A stretch of DNA of 64,000 bases from Bacteroidales bacterium (GTDB lineage Bacteria; Bacteroidota; Bacteroidia; Bacteroidales; WCHB1-69). Positions 50,704-60,822 of the stretch are shown one piece after another; the first letter of the stretch is position 1; each line of letters opens with the position of its first letter. The stretch lies in assembly GCA_017962275.1 (NCBI GenBank), contig JAGCVQ010000094.1, forward strand, positions 541 through 64,540, read 5' to 3'. A program made the translations under genes and the position numbers. The notes below the pieces were generated by a model. That model made no database searches. It was not told the DNA's origin and worked only from the letters and a program-made list of their open reading frames with translations.

Positions 50704-51915
50704 TCCGCAAACTTCCGCCACCGTCGCTTTCGTCACCCGAATCACCTCTGCCACCTGCTCGTCGGTCAAATTGAAATAGACCGGCAAGCTGATTTCACAC
50801 GCATACTGGCGATAGGCATTGGGATAATCTTCGATTTTGTAACCCAAAGACTTATAAGCTGTTAGGAGTGGAAGCGGGATAAAATGAACATTCGCGGCCA
50901 CGCCCTGATGCGCCATTTTGAAGATGATCTCGTCGCGCTGTGTTTCCGATGCACCGTTCACCCGCAACGTGAACACATGGTAGGAAGAACGTTTGTCGGG
51001 CGTTTCGTACGTGGGAACCTTGAATCTTGTATCACCGCTAAATGCCTGGTTATAAGCATCGAAGATTTCCCTACGGCGAGGGAGAATCATCTGGTCATAG
51101 CGAGCTAATTCCACCAATCCCATCGCGGCGGCCACATCCGTCATGTTGCACTTATAACCCACGGAGGTGACATCATAACGCCAGCCTCCCGCTTTGGTCT
51201 TGGCCAAGGCATCTTTCGTTTGACCATGCAACGAGCTGATACATAATTCTTTATATACATCCTCCGTACTGAACGGTTCCGGCAAATTCAGACAAATGGC
51301 ACCGCCTTCCGCCGTGGTGAGGTTCTTGACGGCATGGAAAGAGAAGACGGAAATGTCAGCTACAGCACCCGTTTTCTTCCCCTTGTAATGAGCTCCTAGG
51401 GAATGCGCGGCATCCGACAGAATCAGAATCCGACCCAAGGAGCGCTGTTGCTCATTGGCTGCCTGAAACTGTGATTTGATGGCTGTATCGTTCACGATAT
51501 CAAACAGTTGGTCGTAATCGCACGGCAATCCGACAATGTCCACTGGCAGTATCACTTTCGTGCGGGGCGTGATGGCACGGCGCATTTGACCCATATCCAT
51601 CAGAAAATCGTCATCGACATCCACCATAACCGGCTTGGCACCGCAGTGAATCACCACCTCGGCAGTGGCGGTGTAGGTATAGGCGGGTACAATCACCTCG
51701 TCGCCCTCCCCGACGCCAAACCAACGCAATGCGAGTTCCAGCCCGGCAGAGGCGGAACTGACACATACAACATGCTGAATGTCACAATATTCCGCTAACT
51801 TCTTTTCGAAAAGCTTCGTCCGCGGCCCGGTCGTAATCCAACCTGAGCGAAGGGCAGCCGCCACTTCGTCAATAATCGCGTCGTCAATATGGGGAGGTGA
51901 AAAGGGTATATTCAT
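50698..51915 (-). CDS. DegT/DnrJ/EryC1/StrS-family aminotransferase
   Basis: It begins IPFSPPHIDDAIIDEV and has the PLP-lysine region SFHAVKNLT. Length is 405 aa. Confidence 0.85.
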   Translation of the reverse strand: MNIPFSPPHIDDAIIDEVAAALRSGWITTGPRTKLFEKKLAEYCDIQHVVCVSSASAGLELALRWFGVGEGDEVIVPAYTYTATAEVVIHCGAKPVMVDVDDDFLMDMGQMRRAITPRTKVILPVDIVGLPCDYDQLFDIVNDTAIKSQFQAANEQQRSLGRILILSDAAHSLGAHYKGKKTGAVADISVFSFHAVKNLTTAEGGAICLNLPEPFSTEDVYKELCISSLHGQTKDALAKTKAGGWRYDVTSVGYKCNMTDVAAAMGLVELARYDQMILPRRREIFDAYNQAFSGDTRFKVPTYETPDKRSSYHVFTLRVNGASETQRDEIIFKMAHQGVAANVHFIPLPLLTAYKSLGYKIEDYPNAYRQYACEISLPVYFNLTDEQVAEVIRVTKATVAEVCGL

Positions 51916-51917
51916 AA

Positions 51918-53012
51918 TTATGGGGTGATTCGTTCTAATTTTCTTGTTTTTCGCTCTTTGCTGTTCTTAGCCAGCTCGTCGAAATTGAAGGCCAGGTCAA
52001 TGCAATTCGGGGTCGCGCCCACCGCATAATGCAGACGGGAGAACCCGAATCGTATTCCTTTGATATTCAGCTGGAAACCGTATGAAAATCCGGCCATTGA
52101 CTTTCGTGACAACACCTTCATTTCCTGATGGATGTTGTGGTTGTAAGCCAATTGCAAGGAGAAATATTTGCTCGGTTCGATTTCGAGTCCGAAGACGAAA
52201 TGCCGGAAGAAATTGTCGGCAAACTGCGCCACCTTGGAGGGGTATTGAAGCTCGCCGGTGATGGCATCCGTCTCCATGAACGGGTTGTCGTAGCCGTAAT
52301 AGTTCATGTTCCAGCGATATAGCGAATGAAGGGTGATGTGATAGCGCACCGGCACATGCTTGAGTCGCTGCGAAAGGGCGAGCTGCAGGTCGAAGGGCAG
52401 TGTCTCACGATTGCCAGGCGCATACGAGCACAATTGCAATCCGACATTCTTTGCCAAAAGCGTGATTGACAGATTCTTATCTTCGTTGAAATAACTGCCT
52501 GCCAAATCCAGCGCCATACCTGCCGAAAAATAAGCGTCGTAGTGGCTGAAAACCGTTTTGAGGTTGGCCCCAACGGAAAAATTCGGGGAAAGCTCACGTC
52601 CCCAGCCGAGAATCAACGCATAGTCACCGGCCGTGAATTTGCCCGTCTCCACCCCCGTCTCATCCATGCCCTGGAACGAACCGTAAGCCAACGCCTGGAC
52701 ACCGATCGCAAAACTGCCCGCCTTGGGAAACGTGTAAGAATAGACTGCCGACATGGCACTGTTGTGCGCAAAGTGATCTGTGTAGTTCAACGAAAGCGTA
52801 TTATGATGGCGCCCGCTGATATAAGAGGGATTCACCAACAGCAACGAAGGACAGGAATCATGCACGGAAATGAGATTGCCTCCGAGCGCGTTCACTCTCG
52901 ATGAATAACTGATATTCAGGAAATTATAAACATAACGACCGCCCGTTTGTGCCTGAAGCGGCATCATTCCGGCCATCCACAACAAAAGCCATATAAGGGG
53001 TCTTCCGTTCAT
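51918..53012 (-). CDS. porQ: PorQ-like type IX secretion outer-membrane protein
   Basis: It has a signal peptide ending LQAQ and the N-terminal YNFLNISYSSRVNALGG motif typical of PorQ-family barrels. Confidence 0.6.
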   Translation of the reverse strand: MNGRPLIWLLLWMAGMMPLQAQTGGRYVYNFLNISYSSRVNALGGNLISVHDSCPSLLLVNPSYISGRHHNTLSLNYTDHFAHNSAMSAVYSYTFPKAGSFAIGVQALAYGSFQGMDETGVETGKFTAGDYALILGWGRELSPNFSVGANLKTVFSHYDAYFSAGMALDLAGSYFNEDKNLSITLLAKNVGLQLCSYAPGNRETLPFDLQLALSQRLKHVPVRYHITLHSLYRWNMNYYGYDNPFMETDAITGELQYPSKVAQFADNFFRHFVFGLEIEPSKYFSLQLAYNHNIHQEMKVLSRKSMAGFSYGFQLNIKGIRFGFSRLHYAVGATPNCIDLAFNFDELAKNSKERKTRKLERITP

Positions 53013-53026
53013 AAGATTTCAACCTG

Positions 53027-53034
53027 CAAAAATA
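53027..53034 (-). promoter_or_regulatory. -7 promoter box TATTTTTG (porQ)
   Basis: It lies 14 nt upstream of ATG 53012. Confidence 0.45.
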
Positions 53035-53122
53035 ACAATTCTTCGGTTATGCTGTCGGCGGTTTGTCGTTTTAAGAATTATTAGGAAAAGGCATTGGTTT
53101 TCCGTCCGTGTTTAAAAAAATG

Positions 53123-53130
53123 TATCTTTG
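53123..53130 (+). promoter_or_regulatory. -7 promoter box TATCTTTG (trkA-trkH)
   Basis: It lies 76 nt before ATG 53207. Confidence 0.5.
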
Positions 53131-53136
53131 CCGCCG

Positions 53137-53168
53137 AAAGCCAGAAACGGGAAAAAGCTTCTGGTTTT
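53137..53168 (+). promoter_or_regulatory. Leader hairpin with a U-tract in the trkA 5' leader
   Basis: The structure is AAAGCCAGAA-N12-TTCTGGTTTT, followed by TCTTTT. It is a weak stem with a CCAG/CTGG core and one G-U pair. Confidence 0.3.
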
Positions 53169-53206
53169 TCTTTTGCGAACGAAAACGTTACGGATATTGT
53201 AAGATT

Positions 53207-53902
53207 ATGGCACAGAAAAAATTCGCCGTCATCGGCGCGGGACAGTTCGGACAGGCCATCAGCCTGGCGCTCTCGGAGAAGGGCTTCGAGGTGTTGGTCA
53301 TCGACAGGGACATGAAGAAGGTGCAGAGCATCAGTGACGATGTGGCCTACGCCGTCTGCACGGACGCCACCGACAAGCGCGCATTGCTCAACGAAAACAT
53401 CAAGGACTTCGACGCCGTGATTGTGGCCATCGGTGACGACTTTGTGGAGCGATTGCTCTGTATTTCCAACCTCATTGACCTCGGTATCAGCAAGATATAC
53501 TGCCGTACCAAAGGCTCTCACCAGCAGACCATTCTCGAAAAGATGGGCATCACCGAATTCCTGTCACCTGAAGAGGAGCTGGCCACGATGCTGGCTGAAC
53601 GGCTGAGTAACCCCAACATCCTCTCCTACCTGCAGATGCCAGACGAATACCGCATTGCCTCCATCATCGCTCCCGACCGGCTTGAAGGACTCACCCTCGG
53701 CGACATCAACTTCCGCGACAACCACCACCTCAGCTTGGTGACCATCCGTCGCAACTTCGAAGAGATTGAGAACAAGGAACTCACTATGAAACAACACATT
53801 ATAGGCGTTCCTGACAATTCGACGGTCATCCGCAAAGACGACGTCTTCGTGTTGTTCGGCAAAGACCGTGACATTGATAACTTCATCAAAATCAACCTGT
53901 AA
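53207..53902 (+). CDS. trkA: Potassium uptake protein TrkA/KtrA (NAD-binding)
   Basis: It begins MAQKKFAVIGAGQFGQAISLAL and has a TrkA-C region. I chose ATG 53207, downstream of the promoter box. Confidence 0.85.
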   Translation: MAQKKFAVIGAGQFGQAISLALSEKGFEVLVIDRDMKKVQSISDDVAYAVCTDATDKRALLNENIKDFDAVIVAIGDDFVERLLCISNLIDLGISKIYCRTKGSHQQTILEKMGITEFLSPEEELATMLAERLSNPNILSYLQMPDEYRIASIIAPDRLEGLTLGDINFRDNHHLSLVTIRRNFEEIENKELTMKQHIIGVPDNSTVIRKDDVFVLFGKDRDIDNFIKINL

Positions 53903-55704
53903 TGCGTCTGTTCGGTAATCGCGACGAATACCACGGGAAGCTCCGCGTCCACATCGTAAACAACAAAGACCGCATCCAACTGGCCCTCCAGATTTGCAGT
54001 CTGTTGATTTCCCTTGTGACCATCGCGTGCATTTTCTGCTACCACGGACTTTACATCACCCAACAGACCAAAAACCTCATCCGCTGGCTGATTCATGCCA
54101 GCCTTTTCTTCTATGTCATCAAATATTTCGTACTGCTTTTCTACTCACTTCACCGAGGCGAATACATTCGGCAATCGTGGGTCGAGTTTCTGATCATCAT
54201 CATCCTGATACTACAGTTCATCTCCGTCCATTTCTTCCACTTTGACATCTTTGATGCCCAAAACTTTGAGAATATCTACCTGATTTTCATTCAGTTCTAT
54301 TTCCTCATCATCGTTTTGGTGGAGATTGCGAAGATGAGCAGTTCCTTGGGAAAGTACCATCTCAGCCCGCCCATTCTGATGGTGGGATCGTTCCTCTTCC
54401 TGATTGCCATCGGTACGCTTCTGCTGAAGATGCCGCGCATGACCAACTACGGCATCTCCTTCATTGATGCGCTTTTCACGGCCACCAGCGCGAGTTGCAT
54501 CACCGGTCTTTCGGTAGTGAGCACACCGGAAACCTTCACCTTCAAAGGACAACTTGTGATTCTGGTGCTGATCCAGTTGGGCGGCATGAGCATCCTCTCG
54601 TTCGCTACCTTCTTCTCCACATTTTTGTCCCGTTCAATGGTCGGACTGCGCTACCAATACATGATCCGCGACATGATGTCCACCGACCGCCTTTCCGATT
54701 CGGTAGGGTTGTTGCGGAGCATCGTGCTCACCACCTTCATTATCGAGGCGGCAGGTGTTGCGTTTATGTTCACCTATTGGAAATCCACGGGCTTTTTCCT
54801 TTCCGACAAACAGAATCTCTTTTTCTCGATTTTTTACACCGTTTCGGCCTTCAACAACGGCGGTTTCGTACTCATTGACGACAGTCTGCTGAACCTCGGC
54901 GTGCCGGGCAGCTACTTCCCGCAAGTGGTCATCATGGCGTTGGTGTTCCTCGGCGGCATCGGGTTCGTCACCATCCGCGACTTTTTCAGCTACCGATACA
55001 TCCGCGAACGCAACAAATATCGCTGGAAAACGCTGATGCCACAAACCAAAATCGTCCTTTATGTCACGTTTGCCATCATCATCATCGGCAGCGTGCTCTT
55101 TTTCCTGCTCGAATACAATAACACCTTGAAAGATATCAACGGGATGGGAAACAAAGTTTTCACCACCGTCTTTCAAGTGGTCACTTGCCGGACTTCCGGC
55201 TTCAATGTGTTGGACCTCAACAAGATGCATGTTGCCACAATCATTCTGATCTTGGTGGCTATCTTTATTGGCGGTTCACCAAGCTCCACCGGCGGCGGCA
55301 TCAAAACCACCTCGTTGTTCATCGTCATTAAGTCCGTGATAGCTACCGTGAACGGCAAGAAAAACATCGAGTTCGACCACAAGTCGATTTCGCCGGCGTT
55401 GGTGGAAAAAGCAACCACCATCATGATGATGTCGGCCGGTTTCATCTTAGTATCATGTTTCCTGCTTACAGCGGTGGAACCCGATGTGCAGCTGCTGCAC
55501 GCGCTGTTCGAGACCTCCTCGGCGTTCACCACCTGCGGACTTTCCACCGGAGAATGCGCCAACTGGAACTGGATCGCCAAGCTCATCCTCACCGTCAATA
55601 TGTACTGCGGCCGTATCGGCACCCTGACGCTGGCCTTCGCCCTTACCCGTCACAAAAAGGAATCGCCGCACCAGTACCCCGACCTCTACATCATGATCGG
55701 CTAA
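53902..55704 (+). CDS. trkH: TrkH/KtrB-family potassium transporter
   Basis: It is polytopic and has selectivity-filter-like motifs (SCITGLS, AFNNGGF, TSGFN, TCGLSTG). Confidence 0.85.
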   Translation: MRLFGNRDEYHGKLRVHIVNNKDRIQLALQICSLLISLVTIACIFCYHGLYITQQTKNLIRWLIHASLFFYVIKYFVLLFYSLHRGEYIRQSWVEFLIIIILILQFISVHFFHFDIFDAQNFENIYLIFIQFYFLIIVLVEIAKMSSSLGKYHLSPPILMVGSFLFLIAIGTLLLKMPRMTNYGISFIDALFTATSASCITGLSVVSTPETFTFKGQLVILVLIQLGGMSILSFATFFSTFLSRSMVGLRYQYMIRDMMSTDRLSDSVGLLRSIVLTTFIIEAAGVAFMFTYWKSTGFFLSDKQNLFFSIFYTVSAFNNGGFVLIDDSLLNLGVPGSYFPQVVIMALVFLGGIGFVTIRDFFSYRYIRERNKYRWKTLMPQTKIVLYVTFAIIIIGSVLFFLLEYNNTLKDINGMGNKVFTTVFQVVTCRTSGFNVLDLNKMHVATIILILVAIFIGGSPSSTGGGIKTTSLFIVIKSVIATVNGKKNIEFDHKSISPALVEKATTIMMMSAGFILVSCFLLTAVEPDVQLLHALFETSSAFTTCGLSTGECANWNWIAKLILTVNMYCGRIGTLTLAFALTRHKKESPHQYPDLYIMIG

Positions 55705-55756
55705 CCCCATAACCGTGTAACCGTGTAACCGTGTAACCCCTCTACCCGTGTAACCC
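55702..55756. repeat. 8-nt word array (taaccgtg family)
   Basis: The units read taacccca taaccgtg x3, taacccct, ctacccgtg, taaccc. The first unit supplies the trkH stop TAA at 55702-04. Confidence 0.85.
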
Positions 55757-55766
55757 AAAAAAATCG

Positions 55767-55774
55767 TATCTTTG
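55767..55774 (+). promoter_or_regulatory. -7 promoter box TATCTTTG
   Basis: It lies 22 nt before ATG 55797. Confidence 0.5.
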
Positions 55775-55796
55775 CCGCCAGATTATCTTGACGAAG

Positions 55797-56933
55797 ATGG
55801 ATTTTGAAGACATACGACCTTACACCAATCTTGAATTCAAGGCGGCCTATCTCCGACTCTTGGAAGACCGCCGTTTTCAGGAGGCTATCGCTATGTTCCT
55901 ACCCGACTATTCCGTCCGTCAATTCCAAGAAGATTTAGGAAAATTTAACACTGTTGAGGAAGTGCAATGCGACCTCGACAAGCGGTTCGTGGACGTCTTC
56001 ATCGCCCAATCCTCCAAAGGGGTCACCCTGTCAGGCATCGAAAACATCAACGAGGACGAGGCCTACATGTTCATCGGCAACCACCGTGACATCACCTTCG
56101 ACCCTGCACTTTTGGAGTACTATTTCTTCGTCGAGAACCGCAACACCTCCCGCATCGCCGTGGGTGACAATCTCTACTCCACCCCTTCGCTGAACGAAAT
56201 CGCCAAACTGAACAAGATGATCAAGGTGAAACGGACCGGCACCATGCGTGAGAAGTTGGAAAATTCCTACACGCTCGCCGCCTACATCCAACAATCCCTT
56301 TTCGAGGAGAACGAATCCGTCTGGATTGCCCAGCGCGACGGCCGCACCAAAGACGGCAACGATTTCACCAAACACGGGCTCGTGAAGATGATCACCCTCG
56401 GCAACGAACAGAATTTGATGGAGACCATCCGCCGGATGAAGATCACCCCCGTGACCGTCTCCTACGAATATGAACCTTGTGACAAACTGAAAGCCAGGGA
56501 ATTGGCTATCAGTGAACACAGCGTCTATCACAAACAGCCCGGCGAGGACTTCAACAGCATCAAGCAGGGCATCTTCGGGCAGAAAGGACGTATGTCGCTC
56601 ACCATCGGCACACCCATTATCAGTGAATTAGACAATATCCCCGAAGAACTATCCAACAATGAAAAAATCAACGAAGTCTGCAAACTCATTGACAAGCAGA
56701 TATATAAGGATTACACCCTCTATCCCAACAACTACATCGCCCATGACCTGATGCATCAGGACGAAACCTACCGAGAATACTATTCCGATGCTGAAAAGAC
56801 TTCTTTTGAACAATATTTGCAACGAAATTCGCAGATTCCGGATGTGCCGGAGGAGAAAATGCGGGAGAATCTGCTGAAAATCTACGCCACCCCCGTGGAC
56901 AATCATTATAAAACCATATCCGAAGTAAATTAA
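55797..56933 (+). CDS. Putative glycerolipid acyltransferase (HX4D family)
   Basis: It carries GNHRDITFD (HX4D). The track start at 55788 is a TTG, so I prefer ATG 55797. Confidence 0.5.
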   Translation: MDFEDIRPYTNLEFKAAYLRLLEDRRFQEAIAMFLPDYSVRQFQEDLGKFNTVEEVQCDLDKRFVDVFIAQSSKGVTLSGIENINEDEAYMFIGNHRDITFDPALLEYYFFVENRNTSRIAVGDNLYSTPSLNEIAKLNKMIKVKRTGTMREKLENSYTLAAYIQQSLFEENESVWIAQRDGRTKDGNDFTKHGLVKMITLGNEQNLMETIRRMKITPVTVSYEYEPCDKLKARELAISEHSVYHKQPGEDFNSIKQGIFGQKGRMSLTIGTPIISELDNIPEELSNNEKINEVCKLIDKQIYKDYTLYPNNYIAHDLMHQDETYREYYSDAEKTSFEQYLQRNSQIPDVPEEKMRENLLKIYATPVDNHYKTISEVN

Positions 56934-56949
56934 TTATTTTTAACACACT

Positions 56950-57960
56950 ATGGACGAACAACAACCCCCGTCGCAACCGAAGATTTTAATCATCCGACTC
57001 AGTTCCATTGGAGACATCGTATTGACCACCCCTGTCGTCAGGGCGGTGAACGAACAGCTGCCCGAAGCGGAAGTGCATTTTTTGGTTAGAAAGGACTATC
57101 TGCCTGTGGTTGAGAACAATCCGCACATCCACAAGGTACATGCCTACGATCCTGACAATGTCAGCCAAACCCTCGAGGAATTGAAAAGGGAGCAGTTTGA
57201 CGTGGTCATTGACCTGCAGAAAACCATGCGTTCCCGCAAGGTGGTGCGCAGTCTGAAAGTGCCTTCCTACACCTTCAACAAGCACAATTTCTCCAAATGG
57301 ATTTGCTACCGCCTCAAAATGAACGGCATGCCCGAAACCCACATCGTGGAACGCTATTTCGAGGCCGTCAAGGATTTGAATGTGCACAACGACCACAAGG
57401 GATTGGAATTCTATATTCCCGAAAACCAGGGTTTTGAAGAAGACGACCTGCCGATGATGTTCGAAGACGGCTTCGTGGCCATCGTATTGGCGGCCCAGCA
57501 CTTCACCAAGCGGATTCCGGTCAGCAAGGTGGTGGAAATCGGCAGCATCCTGCACAAACCCATCATGCTGTTGGGCGGCAAAGACGTTTTCGAGGAGGGT
57601 GAGCAGGTGGTCTCCCAGCTTGGGGAACGCGCTACCAACGGCTGCGGCAAATACACGCTCTACCAATCGGCAGCCATCTTGCAACATGCTGACTGTGTGA
57701 TTACTGGCGATACCGGTCTGATGCACATCTCCGCCGCGCTGCATAAACCCACGGCGGCCATTTTCGGTTCCACCATTCCCGAATACGGGTATTACCCCTA
57801 CATGCCCGGCGAACGCAATATGTTCCGCAACTTTGAAGTCTGCCCGCTCAACTGCCGTCCCTGCTCGAAGTTCGGTAGCTCCAAATGCCGTCGCAAACAT
57901 TTCAAGTGCATGAAGAACATCTCCGCAACGGAGGTGGCGGAATGGGTGAATAGGTTCTGA
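56950..57960 (+). CDS. Glycosyltransferase family 9 (heptosyltransferase-like)
   Basis: It begins KILIIRLSSIGDIVLTTPVVRA and carries the C-terminal ITGDTGLMHISAAL. Confidence 0.7.
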   Translation: MDEQQPPSQPKILIIRLSSIGDIVLTTPVVRAVNEQLPEAEVHFLVRKDYLPVVENNPHIHKVHAYDPDNVSQTLEELKREQFDVVIDLQKTMRSRKVVRSLKVPSYTFNKHNFSKWICYRLKMNGMPETHIVERYFEAVKDLNVHNDHKGLEFYIPENQGFEEDDLPMMFEDGFVAIVLAAQHFTKRIPVSKVVEIGSILHKPIMLLGGKDVFEEGEQVVSQLGERATNGCGKYTLYQSAAILQHADCVITGDTGLMHISAALHKPTAAIFGSTIPEYGYYPYMPGERNMFRNFEVCPLNCRPCSKFGSSKCRRKHFKCMKNISATEVAEWVNRF

Positions 57961-57961
57961 T

Positions 57962-58016
57962 CCCCACACTGCGGCTTCGCCTTGTGTGGGGTTATTAGCA
58001 CTTCGTGCGTGTTGCC
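57962..58016 (+). repeat. REP-A element, copy 6 (truncated; third hairpin missing)
   Basis: The hairpins are CCCCACAC...GTGTGGGG and GCAC-TTC-GTGC. It lies between convergent genes and encodes the last ~7 codons of trmO. Confidence 0.7.
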
Positions 58017-58693
58017 TTATAACTACGTTTAATAGCTTTAACGAGAACCGTTCTTTCAGACACGGAAAAAGAAACCTCGTACCCGTCAAACGGAAACCCA
58101 TATATCCTATCCTCGTCATGATGGTAGGCGGGACGCGGGTCTTGGGCTAAGACTTCGCGTAGCTTTTTCATTTTTTCGGGTTTAAGCTTTTTGGCTATAC
58201 TATCGGGAATTTCCACGTCAAGCTGGTAGTCTTCATGCTCCTGTGTAAAGCCTTTGGTGGCTTCCGGATGGCAGTCGGTGGTGAGCAGATAGGGTTTGAT
58301 GTCGTAAATCGGGGTGCCGTCCATAAGGTCGGCACCGCCTACGAGCAAAGTCGGATTCTTGGGATTGAGATCGACCTCGATGAGCTCCACACACGAAAGT
58401 CCGATGGGGTTGGGGCGAAAAGGCGAGCGCGTGGCGAACACACCCATGCGTCGATTGCCGCCAAGCCTCGGGGGACGCACCGTGGGCGACCACCGTTCCT
58501 GATGCGCCTCCGAAAAGTCCCAAATCAGCCACAGATGGGAGAATGCCTCGATACCACGCAACGCCTCCGCATTCCGGAACTCCGGCTCGAACACGATGCG
58601 CGCCCGCAACGACGGCACCAGCCCGCTCTGCCTCGGAATCCCGAATTTCGACGGGAACTCGCTGCACACTCGCGCTATTATTTTCATCACCAT
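57995..58693 (-). CDS. trmO: tRNA (t6A37) methyltransferase TrmO/TsaA
   Basis: It carries FGIPRQSGL, FSHLWLIWDF and RSPFRPNPIGLS. Confidence 0.8.
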   Translation of the reverse strand: MVMKIIARVCSEFPSKFGIPRQSGLVPSLRARIVFEPEFRNAEALRGIEAFSHLWLIWDFSEAHQERWSPTVRPPRLGGNRRMGVFATRSPFRPNPIGLSCVELIEVDLNPKNPTLLVGGADLMDGTPIYDIKPYLLTTDCHPEATKGFTQEHEDYQLDVEIPDSIAKKLKPEKMKKLREVLAQDPRPAYHHDEDRIYGFPFDGYEVSFSVSERTVLVKAIKRSYKATRTKC

Positions 58694-58780
58694 TTTGTTT
58701 TCGTCCTAATCATTACCACCCTCGTCATTCTGTCTCCGACGTCAGGAGGAGACGGAACCTCCATCTCGCAAGGGCACGCA

Positions 58781-60028
58781 CTACCGTTTCTCAATTTTGT
58801 ACCCCACCGTTGCGAAGAACAGAATGTACGCGTAGCTGACGAACAGCAAGGCGTAAGCGGAATGCGGGTTCACAGCATCCGCGATCTTGCCGTAGATCAG
58901 CGGCATGACGGCACCACCCACGATGGCCATCACCATCAACGCGGAGGCGAACTCGGTACGATCACCCAAGTCATGGATGGCCAACGGCCAGATGGCGGGC
59001 CACATGATGGCATGCGCGAAACTCAGACAGATGATGGCGATAATGGAGACAAGGCCCGTGGTACACAATGCCACGATGACCAGCGTGAAGGAAAGCAACA
59101 GTTGAATAATCAGGGCATTACGCTGAGAAATAACCTTCGGCACAAACAAGATGCCGCAGAAGTAACCCACCAACAAAGCGATCAGCGCGTACACGCCGAA
59201 ATAGTGGGAAACAGCGGTCGGGATACCATAGTAATCGCCGTAAGGAATCAGCGTGTCAATGGCGATAACCTCAGCACCCACATAGAAGAAAATGGCCAAA
59301 ACGCCGAGCCACATATACGGGAAGCTGAAAATGCTAGTCTTCTCTCCTTCGATCTTTTTCTCCTCCTCCACAATGTCGGGCAGATGCGCCGTCTTGATGA
59401 AGAGCACTAACGCGATGAGCACGGCTGTCATGATGAGGTAGGGAACGATGACGCCGTTGGAAAGTTGCTGCAGCATAGCCTCTTTCTCCGCACCGGGAGC
59501 CATCTCCTTGATGCTTTCGAAGAGATGTTCCTTGCCGCTGAACAGGGCGTTGTAAAGCACGAGGATGCCGATCATGCCGGCCACCTTGTTGCAGATGCCC
59601 ATGATGCTCATACGCCGCGCTGCCGATTCAATCGGACCGATAACCGTGACGTAGGGATTGCTGGCCGTCTGCAACAGCGACAACCCGCTGCCCTGCAAGA
59701 ACAGACCTAACAGAAACATCGGGTAGCTGCGCATCTTCGCGCCCGGAATGAACATCATGCAGCCGATGGCCATGACGATCAAACCCAATGCCATGCCGTT
59801 ACTGTAGCCCGTCTTCTTCAACACAAACGACGACGGAATCGACATCACAAAATAGGCAATGTAGAATGCAAACGTCACTAAGTAGCCCTGCACTTGCGTG
59901 GTCAGCTCGCACGAAGTGCGCATATACGGAATCAGAATGTTGTTCAGCCATGTCACGAAACCGAATACGAAAAACAGCGATCCGATGACGAACATGCAAT
60001 AAGCAGTGCTTCTTTTCTTTTCAGTCAT
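58781..60028 (-). CDS. MFS sugar transporter (FucP / glucose-galactose type)
   Basis: It has 12 TM helices and an N-terminal FVFGFVTWLNNILIPY motif. Confidence 0.7.
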   Translation of the reverse strand: MTEKKRSTAYCMFVIGSLFFVFGFVTWLNNILIPYMRTSCELTTQVQGYLVTFAFYIAYFVMSIPSSFVLKKTGYSNGMALGLIVMAIGCMMFIPGAKMRSYPMFLLGLFLQGSGLSLLQTASNPYVTVIGPIESAARRMSIMGICNKVAGMIGILVLYNALFSGKEHLFESIKEMAPGAEKEAMLQQLSNGVIVPYLIMTAVLIALVLFIKTAHLPDIVEEEKKIEGEKTSIFSFPYMWLGVLAIFFYVGAEVIAIDTLIPYGDYYGIPTAVSHYFGVYALIALLVGYFCGILFVPKVISQRNALIIQLLLSFTLVIVALCTTGLVSIIAIICLSFAHAIMWPAIWPLAIHDLGDRTEFASALMVMAIVGGAVMPLIYGKIADAVNPHSAYALLFVSYAYILFFATVGYKIEKR

Positions 60029-60060
60029 AATATTGATTTTTAATTATTTACGTTGTCCGT

Positions 60061-60729
60061 TTACGACTTACAGCCCGTCGTTCTCATTTGGCGAATGGTC
60101 TCCTCGGGATTCTCCGATTTGAATACAGCATTTCCGGCCACCACTGCATCAGCACCGGCCTTGATGATATCCGCGATATTGTCCGCATTGACCCCGCCGT
60201 CCACCTCGATGAGCGCGTTCGATTTGTTGCGCTTGATCATGGCGCGAAGTTCCGCGATGCGGTGCAACGAGCGTTGAATGAACTTCTGCCCGCCAAAACC
60301 CGGATTCACCGACATAATCAGCACTAAGTCAAGATCTTGGATAACATCTTCGAGACCAGATACCGGCGTGTGCGGATTCAGAGCGACACCGGCTAACATG
60401 TCGTGCTCCTTGATTTGGTATATAGTACGGTGCAGATGCATGCACGCCTCCCAATGCACCGTCAGCAAATCACATCCTATCTCCTTGAAAGTCTGAATAT
60501 AACGTTCCGGCTGCACAATCATCAGATGGGTATCCAGCGGCTTCTGCGCCAACTTCCGGACCGACTTGATGACGGGCATCCCGAACGAAATATTCGGCAC
60601 AAACACGCCATCCATCACGTCCAAATGAATCCAATCCGCCTCGGAACGGTTGAGCATCTCTATCTCTTCCCCCAAACGGTTGAAATCCGCCGACAACAAC
60701 GACGGAGCGATAATCGGTTTCACACTCAT
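60061..60729 (-). CDS. rpe: Ribulose-phosphate 3-epimerase
   Basis: It carries IAPSLLSADF, HLDVMDG and SVNPGFGGQKF. Confidence 0.9.
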   Translation of the reverse strand: MSVKPIIAPSLLSADFNRLGEEIEMLNRSEADWIHLDVMDGVFVPNISFGMPVIKSVRKLAQKPLDTHLMIVQPERYIQTFKEIGCDLLTVHWEACMHLHRTIYQIKEHDMLAGVALNPHTPVSGLEDVIQDLDLVLIMSVNPGFGGQKFIQRSLHRIAELRAMIKRNKSNALIEVDGGVNADNIADIIKAGADAVVAGNAVFKSENPEETIRQMRTTGCKS

Positions 60730-60749
60730 ACTCTTTTATTTTGAGGGCG

Positions 60750-60757
60750 CAAAAGTA
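60750..60757 (-). promoter_or_regulatory. -7 promoter box TACTTTTG (rpe)
   Basis: It lies 20 nt upstream of ATG 60729. Confidence 0.45.
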
Positions 60758-60780
60758 CTAAAAACTTGGATTAGCCCGCA

Positions 60781-60822
60781 ACCCCTTTTAACCCTGTAAC
60801 CCTTTAACCCTGTAACCCTAAT
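60781..60822. repeat. 8-nt word array (taaccctg family)
   Basis: The units read taaccctg taacccttt aaccctg taacccta. The array contains the GH3 stop at 60818-20. Confidence 0.8.

Noticed and set aside
53131-53206. A c-di-AMP (ydaO/kimA-class) riboswitch ahead of trkA.
   Set aside because: The leader is only about 76 nt and lacks the pseudo-two-fold architecture and the length of that class. I report only a weak hairpin.
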